IMG/VR virus record: IMGVR_UViG_3300047095_000811
Span: 64,001 to 128,000 of that record
Length of the DNA stretch: 64,000 bases
From: a virus
Direction: 5' to 3' (one strand)
The position numbers and the translations under genes were made by a program. The first letter of the stretch is position 1, and every line of letters starts with the position of its first letter. The notes below the pieces were generated by a model, which saw nothing but the letters and a program-made list of their open reading frames with translations, searched no databases and was not told the origin of the DNA. Shown piece after piece: positions 37,784 through 48,734 of this stretch.

Positions 37784-38859
37784 TCAGAAACTGTCTCGGT
37801 CTGACCGTTGACGACCTCAAGAACGACCTCTTCGGAAGGCTGGACTCTTGGACGCTGGACTGGCTGCTGGACCAAGAGTGCGGCGGTGGCGGAGCTGGCG
37901 AAGCGGCCCTCGCGAAGTACGACGCCTTCTCCGTCTACACCGCGAAGCAAGGTCTCAATTACCTCAACAACCTCGACAAGAACGACGGGTCCGTCAGCGG
38001 AGCGGACCCGTTCGGCTTCCTTCGGGACAACATGGGGAACTACCTGAAGGACTTCGGCGACCGGGAGTGCTCTGGGCAGAACGTCGCCATAGACGACCTA
38101 GTGTCTCAATACAAGCCGGACCCCTACGTCTCGATGTACCCGGACACCCTATCCGACTCCAAGAAGGCGCTGCTCTTGGACCAGCTGCGAAAGTCTAACT
38201 TCAACGCCGCTGTCACCAACGGCCTCAACCCTACAGCAGACAACAACTCGCCGTACATGATCCTCGACGACTCTGAGCGCGGCGACGACATGATGCTGAT
38301 AAAGACAGGGAACCTGTTCGGTCCTTCCATTCTCAGCAAGATCCCGGTGTCGGTAATCGAGAATTTCGACCCAGACAAGATGATCTACACGAAGTGCTTC
38401 AGGACGCTTTTTGCTCTTGAGAACTACTTCGTGCCGGACAATCCGAAGTCGAAGCCCATCGTCACCGAAGGGAAGCTCCGTAGCATCCGAAGGCTTCACG
38501 AAGATGTGATTCTGCCGATCTACCGTTTCTACTACGGAAATGAAGACGACTCCACTTGCAAGCTTCGGATCCACGGCGGGCTGATGTCTATGGAGACTGC
38601 GGTCTCTAGGATGGGGGCGTCTCTGGCGACAAGACACGTCTACGGTCAGTCTGCTAACTTCAGTCTCGTGTCAATCTCGAACGACAAGGTGCTCGAAGAT
38701 CTGAGGTCCGGAGCCATCGGCGTAGACTTCGGCGTGGCGGCTCTGGTGAACGGCATCTACATCACGCTGCCTTACACTTACGAGAACTACGAGGTTCGGA
38801 ACGTGATTCTGTCCTCCCCGAACTTCGATTCCGATGATATCCGTGCGCAATTCTTATGA
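37780..38859 (+). CDS. virion protein with degenerate M15A-like peptidase domain
   Basis: LHEDVILPI...RIHGGLMS...TRHVYGQSANF resembles the M15A pattern LxPxR...ISSGYR...SxHxxGxAxD. Confidence 0.4.
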   Translation: MIRNCLGLTVDDLKNDLFGRLDSWTLDWLLDQECGGGGAGEAALAKYDAFSVYTAKQGLNYLNNLDKNDGSVSGADPFGFLRDNMGNYLKDFGDRECSGQNVAIDDLVSQYKPDPYVSMYPDTLSDSKKALLLDQLRKSNFNAAVTNGLNPTADNNSPYMILDDSERGDDMMLIKTGNLFGPSILSKIPVSVIENFDPDKMIYTKCFRTLFALENYFVPDNPKSKPIVTEGKLRSIRRLHEDVILPIYRFYYGNEDDSTCKLRIHGGLMSMETAVSRMGASLATRHVYGQSANFSLVSISNDKVLEDLRSGAIGVDFGVAALVNGIYITLPYTYENYEVRNVILSSPNFDSDDIRAQFL

Positions 38860-38938
38860 ATTGGCAAGGAAGTTTCGTGGCTACACTCGGGGTAGCCATG
38901 CAACACCGGAATAGTCTCATCATCTTAGCGAAACTCCA

Positions 38939-39562
38939 ATGACCACCAACAACATCACCCCGGACGACATTTTGTCGGACGCGGACAACAGACGTTTGTC
39001 CGAGATGATGGCAATCAAGAAGCACGTCTACGCCTTCATCAATAAGAAAGAACTGCTCAAGTTCATCCTCCACATCATCGACTCCACCGAAGTGGTGACG
39101 TTCGAGCGCAAGCACGACCGCCGCTTCCTGAATCTGATGAACCTCTCGATGGCGCTCCAGCTCGACGTCAAGAAGGCAACCGAGAAGTACGAGGTCTCCG
39201 ACCTCAAGGATCCGAAGAAGAACGGCAGCCGAGAAACAACGATGACCGCTCGCGCCAATTTCCTACGCGAGTTGATCGTTGTACCGTTCACCGACCTGAT
39301 GGGCAACATGCTGAGCACCATCATCGACAAGGAGCCGGACGAGGACTACCAGTACTCCGAGTGGATCTTCAACATCCTCCCGGAGAACTACAAAGAACTT
39401 CGCAATTCTGTCAGCAGCTTCATCGAGCTGGAGGACGGAGACAAAGAAAAGATCAAGAACGACCTGAAGTTCATGTACGGCATGTGCTCCGCGTTCGTCT
39501 TCCCTCCCGAGGAAGTTGACCTCAACGAGGACACCGGCTTCACCCTCGAATTTCTGCTGTAA
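38939..39562 (+). CDS. hypothetical late protein
   Basis: 207 aa, AACA-N6-TA at 38902-38913. Confidence 0.7.
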   Translation: MTTNNITPDDILSDADNRRLSEMMAIKKHVYAFINKKELLKFILHIIDSTEVVTFERKHDRRFLNLMNLSMALQLDVKKATEKYEVSDLKDPKKNGSRETTMTARANFLRELIVVPFTDLMGNMLSTIIDKEPDEDYQYSEWIFNILPENYKELRNSVSSFIELEDGDKEKIKNDLKFMYGMCSAFVFPPEEVDLNEDTGFTLEFLL

Positions 39563-39647
39563 AGACATGACGTATGAGACTCGTTCTCATACGTCATTAC
39601 TTTTTTTGCAAATATATTATCACCATGTGAGATTCTCGGAGAAATAA

Positions 39648-40019
39648 ATGATACCAATAATGAAGCCGCTTACAGTGATATCGATGGATATCGAAAGGGA
39701 AGAGTCCCCGATCACCTTCATCGACCACTTCGCGTCTGTCGGCGGGTTGCAGCCTGTCTACTCTCGATCTTCTACGACGACGATGAAAATCGTGACTCCT
39801 TCCTTAGACGATCCGTCCGTTTACCATGCCGATTTTTTCGTTGTGGCGAACCCTCGCCTCCAAAGGCACCCAGTCAGTCTCGGAAACCCGACCAGCGAGC
39901 ACGACGAGAAGGTGCAACAACTCAATACTTTCCTGGAGATTCTTCAATTCGCTAGGACAAACCCAGTTGCAAGAGAGAAGTTGGAGGACCTGTTCAAGCT
40001 CCGACAGCTTCTCGGATGA
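39648..40019 (+). CDS. hypothetical protein
   Basis: 123 aa after AATATATTAT at 39611-39620. Confidence 0.6.
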   Translation: MIPIMKPLTVISMDIEREESPITFIDHFASVGGLQPVYSRSSTTTMKIVTPSLDDPSVYHADFFVVANPRLQRHPVSLGNPTSEHDEKVQQLNTFLEILQFARTNPVAREKLEDLFKLRQLLG

Positions 40020-40031
40020 TTCGAGGAAAAT

Positions 40032-41183
40032 ATGTCAACTTTCATCTCTATCTCAGACGTCCATCACGGCGCAAAGTCCCACGAGAGCATGCGGGAAGAG
40101 TTCTACGCCGAGGGTGGATTCTTCGACGTTCTCGATGCCACCCTACCGGAAGAAGATTTCATCGGGGTGGCCGTTACCGGGGACTGGTTCGACAAGAAAC
40201 TGGACATGAACGACCCGAGAGCAAAGCTCGGAGTCTCCGTCATGGTGGATATCCTGAACCGCTGCATCCAGTACGACAAGCACCTCGTCGTGATCCGTGG
40301 AACCTACTCCCACGACCTCAACCAGCTGAATGTGTTTGAGGAGTTCGGCGCTCTCTACGAGAAGTTCCACCTCGTCAACACGGTGCGAGAGATCAAGTTC
40401 GGTCCTCTGAGAACTCTCTGCATCCCGGAGGAGTACCCGCAAGACAGCGACGAGTACTACGCCGACTGGTTCTCCAAGAAATACGATCTGATACTCGGCC
40501 ACGGCTTCTTCGATTTCAACTGCTTCGACAGCAACGACGCCGAGCGCAACATCCCGCAGATGCCGGTATTCGAGGCAGACGTGATCTGCAAGCTGGCACC
40601 GCTCACGATCTTCGGCCACGATCATACCCACAAGGACTACAAGAACAAGATCTTCTACAACGGATCTTTCTCTCGGCTCTGCCACAATGAAGAGACTCCC
40701 AAGGGGTTCATCTACGCAGAGTGGGACAGGAAGAACCCGTCAGTACACCTCATGGAGAACGCGCTTGCTCCGAGGTACATCACCGTCGTACTCGACGTCA
40801 TCGTGAAGCGAGCAAAGATTGACGTCAACTTCGAGGAACTGGTGAAGCTCATCGAACGCACCAAGGTAAAAGCAAACGCATACGACCTGAAAGTGAAGGT
40901 CACGGACTACTTCACCAAAGAGCACAAGGTCACCGTCGAGCTGGTCAAGAACCACTTCTTGAACCAGCCTGGGTATCGGATAGAATCCGGTCGGCTGAAC
41001 GTCCTGAGAGATTCGGAAAACGTGATAGAAGACTCCGACGAAGGAGAGGGTGATACTACGTATGACTTCCTCTTCGAGCCCACCAATATTGTCGACAAGG
41101 TTCTCAAGTTCATCGAAGTGAAGCACGAGGGGCAGTACAACCTGACGCGGGACCAAGTGGCTCAGTCGATTTCACCCGTCTAA
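40032..41183 (+). CDS. sbcD: SbcD/Mre11-like nuclease
   Basis: Metallophosphoesterase motifs SDVH, GDWFD, GTYSHD, GH, FGHDH, YNGS. Confidence 0.85.
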   Translation: MSTFISISDVHHGAKSHESMREEFYAEGGFFDVLDATLPEEDFIGVAVTGDWFDKKLDMNDPRAKLGVSVMVDILNRCIQYDKHLVVIRGTYSHDLNQLNVFEEFGALYEKFHLVNTVREIKFGPLRTLCIPEEYPQDSDEYYADWFSKKYDLILGHGFFDFNCFDSNDAERNIPQMPVFEADVICKLAPLTIFGHDHTHKDYKNKIFYNGSFSRLCHNEETPKGFIYAEWDRKNPSVHLMENALAPRYITVVLDVIVKRAKIDVNFEELVKLIERTKVKANAYDLKVKVTDYFTKEHKVTVELVKNHFLNQPGYRIESGRLNVLRDSENVIEDSDEGEGDTTYDFLFEPTNIVDKVLKFIEVKHEGQYNLTRDQVAQSISPV

Positions 41184-41199
41184 GGACGAAAGGAGTGCA

Positions 41200-42855
41200 A
41201 TGAAAAAAAGAGAAAGAAGCGGAAGCAAGAAAGCCTCCAACCGGGTAAAGATGGAGCTGAAGACGTCGCTGATGAAGAATCTGCTGGCGTACCTGCTCGG
41301 AGAGACCAAGTCGAGGAACTTCGTCAAGAAGCTCAACATCTTCTTCCAGCTAGTCGACGAGACGGTGTATCTCAGCGATGCAGATATGGAGATGCCGTAC
41401 GCTGCAGTGCGACGCGTTCTGAAGACGATCCTCGAAGACAACGTAGACGACCAAGAACTCATCATGGACCGTCTGCTCTCGATGCCGAAGTACGAGGAAG
41501 AGATGCCTGACCTGATCGAGGAGATTAGCGGCATCGACATGAACGAGGACCTCGTCGTTTATATCGAGAACGAGTTCATTGACCGTCTCAACTACGTCAC
41601 TGCTATCCCGGTCATATCTCAGCTCAAGCTGGCGATATCTCAGTTTGACAAGCAGGAGTATGAGTCCTATAACGAGATCATCCAAGAGATCCGTGGCTAT
41701 ACCTCCATCTTCAACAAGGCGGTGAACCTTCGTTCGTCGGCTTCTCTGACTTATCCAGAGATCGACTTCAACAGTGAGCAGTTCGAAGTTATTCTCGAAA
41801 AGGTCTACAAAAACCTCACGAACGAGAAGAAGTACTTGATGACAGGAGTCAAGGAGCTAAACAAGATGCTGCAGGGCGGCTTCCAACCCGGTCGCGTCTA
41901 CGTGTTCATGGCTGTGTCTGGCGGTTGGAAGTCTGGCCTGCTGCTGAACGCGTTCATTTGGGCTGCGCGGTACAACCGGAACCTCCGGTGCAGGGATCAG
42001 GCCAAGAAGCCGATGTTCCTCTATCTGACGCAGGAGAACGATTCCGAAGAGACGCTCGACCGCATGTTCAGCTACATGAACTGTGTCAAAGACAGCAAGT
42101 ACACCCCGCTCGACCAGATCAAGGAGGCGTTCATCGAAGAGGGGATCGTGGACCCCGGACACCACGGCTTCAAGATCCACTACTTTCGAAAGAACGAGAT
42201 CTGCGCTAACGACATTGAGAACCTCGTCCACGACATCGAGGCCGACGGAGAGTACGAGGTCAAGTTGATCGTTCACGATTACCTGAAGCGTCTGCGTCCG
42301 AACGTGGCAGCCAATGACATCCGGGTCGATCTCGGCTCCGCCACGAACGATCTGTCCGAATTGGCGAAGCTGCTGAAGATCCCGATCGTCACCGCCAACC
42401 AGCTCAACAAGGAGGCATACACCGTTCTCATGCAGCAGGGCAACAACGAGAACAAGAATGACCTCGGCAAGAAGGCGTCCCTGACGATGCAATCGGAGTC
42501 TCAGCTCATCACCGAGAACGCCGACTGCGTCATTGCGATCAACAAGGAGTACCAGCGGGCCACCGACAAGTGGTTCCTGACCTTCACCGATCTCAAGAAC
42601 CGGGCATCTAAGACCAACCGTTCGTACGCCAACAGGTACTTCGCAATACCCTTCGTAGAGGGGAACTCGATGCGCCTAATGGAAGATCTGAACACGGATG
42701 ATAATTACGCCTTGCAATCCATCTCGGATGGTCTGGCGGATTTCGACCCGAACGGCCACAACGACGACACCGAACCGGAAAACCGCCCCAAGACTCAGCG
42801 CAAGGGGCAGCACAAGAAGGTTCTGGCTGACGACGCATTTGAGGACGAAGACTGA
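41200..42855 (+). CDS. DnaB-like replicative helicase
   Basis: TGVKELNKMLQGGFQPG, AVSGGWKS, IVHDYL, IVTANQLN, KNR. Confidence 0.85.
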   Translation: MKKRERSGSKKASNRVKMELKTSLMKNLLAYLLGETKSRNFVKKLNIFFQLVDETVYLSDADMEMPYAAVRRVLKTILEDNVDDQELIMDRLLSMPKYEEEMPDLIEEISGIDMNEDLVVYIENEFIDRLNYVTAIPVISQLKLAISQFDKQEYESYNEIIQEIRGYTSIFNKAVNLRSSASLTYPEIDFNSEQFEVILEKVYKNLTNEKKYLMTGVKELNKMLQGGFQPGRVYVFMAVSGGWKSGLLLNAFIWAARYNRNLRCRDQAKKPMFLYLTQENDSEETLDRMFSYMNCVKDSKYTPLDQIKEAFIEEGIVDPGHHGFKIHYFRKNEICANDIENLVHDIEADGEYEVKLIVHDYLKRLRPNVAANDIRVDLGSATNDLSELAKLLKIPIVTANQLNKEAYTVLMQQGNNENKNDLGKKASLTMQSESQLITENADCVIAINKEYQRATDKWFLTFTDLKNRASKTNRSYANRYFAIPFVEGNSMRLMEDLNTDDNYALQSISDGLADFDPNGHNDDTEPENRPKTQRKGQHKKVLADDAFEDED

Positions 42856-42905
42856 CATCAGTCCGGATGGGTAAAACCATCCGGACTTTTTTTTTTGGAG
42901 GAATC

Positions 42906-43160
42906 ATGGAATACGTTGCTTCCGTATTCGACAAGCTGGAGAACATCCCGCACGTAGTCCGAGTCCAGTGCGACAGCGAGGATCTGACCGATGTCATTCT
43001 GGCGGTGTACACCAAGCTGATAGGGCAAGAAGAGCCTCTCACCAAAGGTGAAGTAGAAGCCCAGGAAGACCTCTTCGCAGACTACGTGGTGATCTCCATC
43101 TTCAGAGAAGCTGGTGAGAACCTGATCCCCGACCTCGAACAAGAAGGAGAAGACGAATGA
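42906..43160 (+). CDS. hypothetical protein
   Basis: GGAGG RBS, 84 aa. Confidence 0.65.
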   Translation: MEYVASVFDKLENIPHVVRVQCDSEDLTDVILAVYTKLIGQEEPLTKGEVEAQEDLFADYVVISIFREAGENLIPDLEQEGEDE

Positions 43161-43633
43161 ACTACCAAGAATTCATCAACGAAGTGAAGAAATTCGAGCT
43201 GCTGAAGTACGGCGAGGACATGGAGCACAAGTTCCAGTATCCGGTTGCCATCCGGGCTGCGCCCAGCGTTGAGGCGCTGCTCGACGCTCTGGAGGAGTAC
43301 GTCTTCCCCGTCTTCAACCAATTCGACGTGGCGAAGCGCGAACAGTTCGCTCTCCTCAAGCAACTCCTGCAAGAGAACAACTGCGGATACACCGCAAAGG
43401 CACCGTCGTACCTCAACGGATTCGGCACGGGTAGCTCGATCATGAGCAACATGCCAGCGCACATCGTCCGGAACGTCTCGAACAACAACGGCTACTCGCA
43501 ACACTTGCGAGAACCAGTGAACATCGAGTTCGACAACATGTCTTCGAGCAGCAATTCGGTCATGATCAACTGCCCGGAACTCCAAATGATCATGGTGGAT
43601 TCCATCGTGATGAACCTCCTGCAATTTGTTTGA
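43157..43633 (+). CDS. hypothetical protein
   Basis: 158 aa, ATGA coupled. Confidence 0.7.
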   Translation: MNYQEFINEVKKFELLKYGEDMEHKFQYPVAIRAAPSVEALLDALEEYVFPVFNQFDVAKREQFALLKQLLQENNCGYTAKAPSYLNGFGTGSSIMSNMPAHIVRNVSNNNGYSQHLREPVNIEFDNMSSSSNSVMINCPELQMIMVDSIVMNLLQFV

Positions 43634-43674
43634 CAAAGCAACACCAGATTAGCTTATTGATCTGGAAGGTTCTC

Positions 43675-44649
43675 ATGAGTATTTCACTGATATCCGCTTT
43701 CCTGCTTTTCGCATCGGGCCTCTCGATCACGATAGCAGGGGCGTTCTTCTCCGTGAAGGGCGTAGTCATGCTCATCCCGGACCCAGAAATCTACTACGGT
43801 CTGCTGGTGTTGGCCATCGCTTTCGAGGGGGCCAAGATCACTGCGTCGACGTTCCTCTTCCACGAGTACCGAGACTCTCAGTATCCTACCGCCTTGAAGG
43901 TGATCCTCAGCGCGGCAGTCGCTGCTCTTGTCTTGCTTTCTTCCATCGCAACCTACTCCCACCTGAACGCCTCGATATCCAAGTCGATGAGCACCGTGAC
44001 TTCCAACAGCGCGGAGCGAACTCGGCTGACCGAGGACCGGGATCAGCTGCAGCAGACCATCCGGAACATAGAAACCCAGATGAACTCTCTGCCGCCAAAC
44101 ACCGGGGCGAATGCTAGAATCCGAATGATGAAGGCGTTCGAAGGAGAGAAGGCCGAGGCGAAGGCGAGATTGGACTCGGTGTCCGAGAAGATCCAGCAGC
44201 TCGACCAGAAGAACGTGGAAGAGGACAAGTTCCTATTCCTCAATTCCCTCTCTGCCCTGACCGGCCTGAACCGAGACAAGCTCTACACCGTGATCGTGCT
44301 GTCAATCGTCGCTCTGATCGACCCGCTTGCGATCACCTTGATCCTCAGCGGCTCGTTCATCGTGGCGAACATCCGAAAGGAAAAAGACGTCATCGCCGAG
44401 CAGCAGAAAGAGATAGAGATTCTCAAGGAAGAGGAGCAGGCTCTTGAGGAGACTCTGGAGGAAACGACCGAGCAGCTGATCGAGAGGATCGAGGAATCGA
44501 TCGAGGAACACGGCGGAAACATCACAAAGGAAGACGTCGAAGCTCTCCTCAAGATCGAGCAGAGTGCCGACTCCATCCCGGCCCGTTCTCGCAAGAAACT
44601 CATCAAGATCCGCGATTTTCTGAAGGGTTCCAATGACAATCCAAAGTAA
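43675..44649 (+). CDS. multi-TM coiled-coil membrane protein
   Basis: Three N-terminal TMs, coiled coil, VALIDPLA TM, acidic tail; late promoter 43640-43651. Confidence 0.7.
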   Translation: MSISLISAFLLFASGLSITIAGAFFSVKGVVMLIPDPEIYYGLLVLAIAFEGAKITASTFLFHEYRDSQYPTALKVILSAAVAALVLLSSIATYSHLNASISKSMSTVTSNSAERTRLTEDRDQLQQTIRNIETQMNSLPPNTGANARIRMMKAFEGEKAEAKARLDSVSEKIQQLDQKNVEEDKFLFLNSLSALTGLNRDKLYTVIVLSIVALIDPLAITLILSGSFIVANIRKEKDVIAEQQKEIEILKEEEQALEETLEETTEQLIERIEESIEEHGGNITKEDVEALLKIEQSADSIPARSRKKLIKIRDFLKGSNDNPK

Positions 44650-45235
44650 ATTCTACCCGGTAAACCAGCTGGACCAAAGGAAGACGAACCGCTTCATCGT
44701 GCTTTCGCATGTGTCGAACTTCGTCCTGAAGACCCACGCTTTCCCGCCGGACCTCAGAAACAAGACGAACTACCACTGCCTCCCGGACCTGCGAGAGTAC
44801 TACCGCGAGAAGGTCGAGATGCGGCAGATGCCGTTCCACTACCACGTCTGCCGACTCAAGGGAGAGTGGGAAGCCTTCGGCACAGCCCCGGAGCACTACC
44901 GCTCTCCGATCATCGACAAGGCGGCTGAGAACTACTACATCGAGGATAAGTTCAAGGACGCGATCATCATCTGCGTCCAAGACAACTTCGCCTTGAACAC
45001 CCCGGACGAGCGGATGCACCAGCTGATCTCCTCGACGCTGATCGCTCCGATGCTGAAGCAGTTCAGGGTGAACTTCAGGGACTCGGTCTTCTGGTGGGAC
45101 GAGATCTTCAACTGGGACAAGTACCAGTACGACCGGAAGAACAACCCTCTGGACTGGTCTTACCCTTGGGAGGTGAACAGGATGCTCTATTTCGATCGAG
45201 TCATCTTCAACCTCGAATCCATCAAGTACTTCTGA
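44633..45235 (+). CDS. hypothetical protein, possibly degenerate amidase-2 fold
   Basis: IVLSH...MPFHYHV...AIIIC...DNF weakly resembles amidase-2. Confidence 0.35.
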   Translation: MTIQSKFYPVNQLDQRKTNRFIVLSHVSNFVLKTHAFPPDLRNKTNYHCLPDLREYYREKVEMRQMPFHYHVCRLKGEWEAFGTAPEHYRSPIIDKAAENYYIEDKFKDAIIICVQDNFALNTPDERMHQLISSTLIAPMLKQFRVNFRDSVFWWDEIFNWDKYQYDRKNNPLDWSYPWEVNRMLYFDRVIFNLESIKYF

Positions 45236-45245
45236 GAGGCTAATT

Positions 45246-45689
45246 ATGGCACTGTCATTCGCCTCCTACGACTCGGCGGAGTTTCCGACGATCGAGGAGT
45301 CCATAGCCAGCTCGAAGACCAACCCCTTTCTGCTGAACAACTTCTCCGACAAGCTCGTTGCGCTTGTCGAGGGCCAGAACACGATCGTCTACGAGCCGTA
45401 CAACGTGCTCCAGTCCTTCGTGTGGATGCTGGATGACTTCCTAGTCACCTATCCGATGCCCCCGGACGAGCACTACATGCCGGAGAAGACTGCGAAGAGG
45501 CTCTACGACTCGCACGACTTCTGGTACATCTGCATGCTGGTCAACAACGTCTCGAACGTCAAGGACTACAGGTTCGAGACGTACAAGGTGCTGCCTGCCG
45601 AGAGCCTGTACCACGTCGAGACTTTCCTCGACCGAGCCAAGGGCGAGCTGAGAGTCTACACTCCGGAAACGGACACGGTCTTCAAGTAA
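45246..45689 (+). CDS. baseplate wedge protein (gp53-like)
   Basis: PEKTAKRLYDSHDFWYICMLVNNV LysM-like gp53 motif. Confidence 0.7.
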   Translation: MALSFASYDSAEFPTIEESIASSKTNPFLLNNFSDKLVALVEGQNTIVYEPYNVLQSFVWMLDDFLVTYPMPPDEHYMPEKTAKRLYDSHDFWYICMLVNNVSNVKDYRFETYKVLPAESLYHVETFLDRAKGELRVYTPETDTVFK

Positions 45690-45730
45690 AAAAAAACGGA
45701 ACTAGCAAATCGCTAGTTCCGTTTTTACTG

Positions 45731-45994
45731 TCACTTCTTCCTGTCAGGATAATGCTTGTTGAGGTAAGTCTGTGAGACAACCCTCAGCGCAATGTACCAG
45801 ACGATGACTTGCACCAACAGATCCCACCAAGGAGTCATCTCTCCTTCGCCGAAGAACTGGATCAGCAGGTTCAGCATGAAGAGGACGCCGATCCCGTGCT
45901 TCGTCAGGAAGGAAACCGGCATCACCACTTGGAGGACGGGATCTTCCCGCATTCTCTTTAGGACCTGCGGATTGTACTTGGGCTTACTTCTCAT
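45731..45994 (-). CDS. small membrane protein
   Basis: 87 aa, two hydrophobic segments. Confidence 0.6.
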   Translation of the reverse strand: MRSKPKYNPQVLKRMREDPVLQVVMPVSFLTKHGIGVLFMLNLLIQFFGEGEMTPWWDLLVQVIVWYIALRVVSQTYLNKHYPDRKK

Positions 45995-48734
45995 TCTTTC
46001 TCCTGAAGTCCGCTACGACCGTCTTGTTGAACATCGTCGTCTCGTCGCTGGTGTCGAAGTTCGCCCCCTTGAGGAGGACGACCCCGATCTCCGCGCTGGC
46101 GAAAGCCTCGTTGTGTGTGATCACGAAGCATTGCTCGCAGGCCAGAGCGTCCAGCTGTTTTTCGAGGATGTCAAGGAACTTGTAGCGATTGGTGGTATCG
46201 AGTTCCGCGTCAACTTCGTCGAGGTAGACGAGGTTGTACTTGGTGTCAGATTGTCTGATCGCCCTGCTGGTGATCCCCAACGACAGAGAGCACTTGACCA
46301 GCGCGGTCTCGCCTTGGCTGCACTCAGTGATATCCTTGGCGTACGGGAACCCGTTCTTGTAAACCGGGATGCTGAAGTCGGTGTCGGACACGTTGAAGTC
46401 GATGGCAAAGCCGTCGCCGAGCGCCAGCGTCAGGAGCCGGTTCGTCTCTTCCTTGATGCCGTCGAGGTAGGAACCGAGGATGTGGAGGGGAATGCCGGTC
46501 TTGATGTCGAGCGCGTCTTTGACGACTTTCAGAACTTCCCGGCTGTCCATCAGATTCGCCTTCCGCTCCTCGTATTCCTCGATTCTGGCCAGTTTGGTGG
46601 AGTAGGTTGCCACCTCCTTGGTCAGCTCAGTCACGCTCTCGTCGAGGGTCTCCTTCTCCCCTTCCAGATCTTTCACCTTCTGCTCGGCGGTCGAGATGCG
46701 CTCGATGTTTTCGAGGTTGTTCTCGTAGATCTTGTTGAGGGCCTTGAGATCCTTCTCGATCGCGGCGACTTCGGCGAGAATACTCTGCAGGGTTTCGATC
46801 AGGTCTTTGGCGGATTCCTTCTTCTCCAGCGACTCCTTGGCGTCCGCCAGTCCCTCCTTCACCTCGGCCTCTTTCGGAGTGATCCGGGTGATCTCGTCGT
46901 TTGCCTTAGAGATCCGGTCGTTGATTTCCCCGACGAACGATTCCACATCGCTCATGGACTCAATCTTCGACGCGGTGTTCTCGATTGCAGCTTTCTTGTC
47001 CTCGATCTTCTTGGCCAGATTGACCTTGCGCACGACGGGGGACATATCGAAGAGGCTTTGGACTTCCTCTGCGGTCATGTCGTACACCGCCATCCCGATG
47101 TCTCGGTTGTGCTCTTTGAAGACTTCAGCAAGTTTGGTCTTGGCCAGAACCGAAGGACTCATCTCGACGAACATGTAAACGCCAGACTGGAACAGCTGGG
47201 CCTTCGTCCTTATGGCTTTGAGACATGCGATTCTTGTCTGGATTTTCTGGAGGGCAATCTCGGCCTTCTCGATCGTCTCCTTCTTCTCGGTCAACTCGTC
47301 GGCTTTCTCCTTGTGGGAGAGGCCGATCTTGTAGACCTCGCAGGTCTTGCTCCGGCAGAGCGAAGCGACGTCGATGGTGGTCTTGGAGGCGATGCGCTCG
47401 TCTTCGGCAGAGCGAAGCTCACGCTTCAGCTTGGAGATCTCGGCTTCCTTCTTCTCGGCGAGGAGCTCGTCCGATTCGATGCGCTCCTTGAGGGACTGCT
47501 CCGACGCCGTGAACATCAGCTCGATGTACTCCTCGTCGAAGTCTGCAACGAGGCGCTTGCCCTCAACGATGTCCATCGCCAGACGCTGGGCCTGGGCGCT
47601 GTCGGAAGTGGCGTCCTCGACGACGATGCCGTCGATGATCCCGACGCCCTTGATCTCCTTGAACTGCTTCTCGACTTCCTTCAGTTCTCCTCTGTACTTC
47701 GATAGCAGTTCCTTCAGCTCGTCGACCGACGTGGTGGAGCTCTTCGAGTACTTCTTCAGCTCGATCTGAGCGGCATTGCGGTTGTTTGTCGCTGCGACCC
47801 TCGCCCCTTGGAGGCGTTCGAGTTCGAGAGTCAGCTCGTTCACCCGCTTAGTGAGATCCTTGATCTCGGAGTTCAGGCTTCCGATCTTCTTGGCGATCGT
47901 CGCCTTGTCGTACTCCCTCAGCTTCGGATAGTCGGAGTAGACCTCTTCGAGTTCGCCCTGCTTCTCGGCGAGCTCCTTGGTCTTCGCTTCCCGCTCCGCA
48001 AGCTCTTCGGCGAACTCGGCCACCGCCTTCTTAGCGGTCTCCACCTCTCGCTGCGTCGAGATGATCTCGGCGGCAAGCTTGGCGACGTTCTGGCTGGTCT
48101 TCTTGAGAGTCTTCCCGATGACGTCGATGCGGGACTTGACTTCTTCCTTGTCCTCCAGCTTCGACATCTCGTCGGTGATGTACTTGATCTCCTTATTGGA
48201 GAGATTCAGCTTGTCGTTGACGACCTTGTATGCGTTGATGTACATGTCGATCGAGGGGGTGAACTTCCCCAAGAACTGCTTGCGGGCGCTGGCCTGCAGG
48301 TCGATGAAGTTCTTGCTATTGGATCCGATCTTGACGATCTTGAAGAACTCCGCGTTCACCCCGAGCTCTTCCTCCACGATGGCGATGAACGTGCGGATGC
48401 CGCCAGACTCGTTCAGGGACTCGTCGTTCTTGTAGATGAAGGACTTGTTCTTCCCCTTGCCGTAGTAGTGCTCGATGCGATACAGGTCGCCGCCCTTGCG
48501 GATGTGGATCTCCTTATATCCCTCGTGGTCGTCGAGGATCAGGCTGTCCCGGCTATCGAAGGACTCCATGAACGGATGGAGGGTAGACATGATGGTCGAC
48601 TTGCCCGACCCGTTCGCGCCTAGGAAGAGGATGATGCGCTTCTCACACTTCGTGAAGTCGATCTCGATCTCTTTGCGTCCCATCCCTGCCATGATTCCTT
48701 TGAAGTTTTTCAACTTCAGGTACTCGATTATCAT
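45984..48734 (-). CDS. sbcC: SbcC/Rad50-like ATPase
   Basis: GANGSGKST, long coiled coil with central CxxxxC, CSQGE signature, YLDE, ITH. Confidence 0.9.
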   Translation of the reverse strand: MIIEYLKLKNFKGIMAGMGRKEIEIDFTKCEKRIILFLGANGSGKSTIMSTLHPFMESFDSRDSLILDDHEGYKEIHIRKGGDLYRIEHYYGKGKNKSFIYKNDESLNESGGIRTFIAIVEEELGVNAEFFKIVKIGSNSKNFIDLQASARKQFLGKFTPSIDMYINAYKVVNDKLNLSNKEIKYITDEMSKLEDKEEVKSRIDVIGKTLKKTSQNVAKLAAEIISTQREVETAKKAVAEFAEELAEREAKTKELAEKQGELEEVYSDYPKLREYDKATIAKKIGSLNSEIKDLTKRVNELTLELERLQGARVAATNNRNAAQIELKKYSKSSTTSVDELKELLSKYRGELKEVEKQFKEIKGVGIIDGIVVEDATSDSAQAQRLAMDIVEGKRLVADFDEEYIELMFTASEQSLKERIESDELLAEKKEAEISKLKRELRSAEDERIASKTTIDVASLCRSKTCEVYKIGLSHKEKADELTEKKETIEKAEIALQKIQTRIACLKAIRTKAQLFQSGVYMFVEMSPSVLAKTKLAEVFKEHNRDIGMAVYDMTAEEVQSLFDMSPVVRKVNLAKKIEDKKAAIENTASKIESMSDVESFVGEINDRISKANDEITRITPKEAEVKEGLADAKESLEKKESAKDLIETLQSILAEVAAIEKDLKALNKIYENNLENIERISTAEQKVKDLEGEKETLDESVTELTKEVATYSTKLARIEEYEERKANLMDSREVLKVVKDALDIKTGIPLHILGSYLDGIKEETNRLLTLALGDGFAIDFNVSDTDFSIPVYKNGFPYAKDITECSQGETALVKCSLSLGITSRAIRQSDTKYNLVYLDEVDAELDTTNRYKFLDILEKQLDALACEQCFVITHNEAFASAEIGVVLLKGANFDTSDETTMFNKTVVADFRRKNEK

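Noticed and set aside
45792-47705. 637-aa plus-strand ORF and similar long antisense ORFs (12311, 22815, 25149, 32373)
   Set aside because: They mirror real genes on the opposite strand and have V/L/D/H-rich shadow composition
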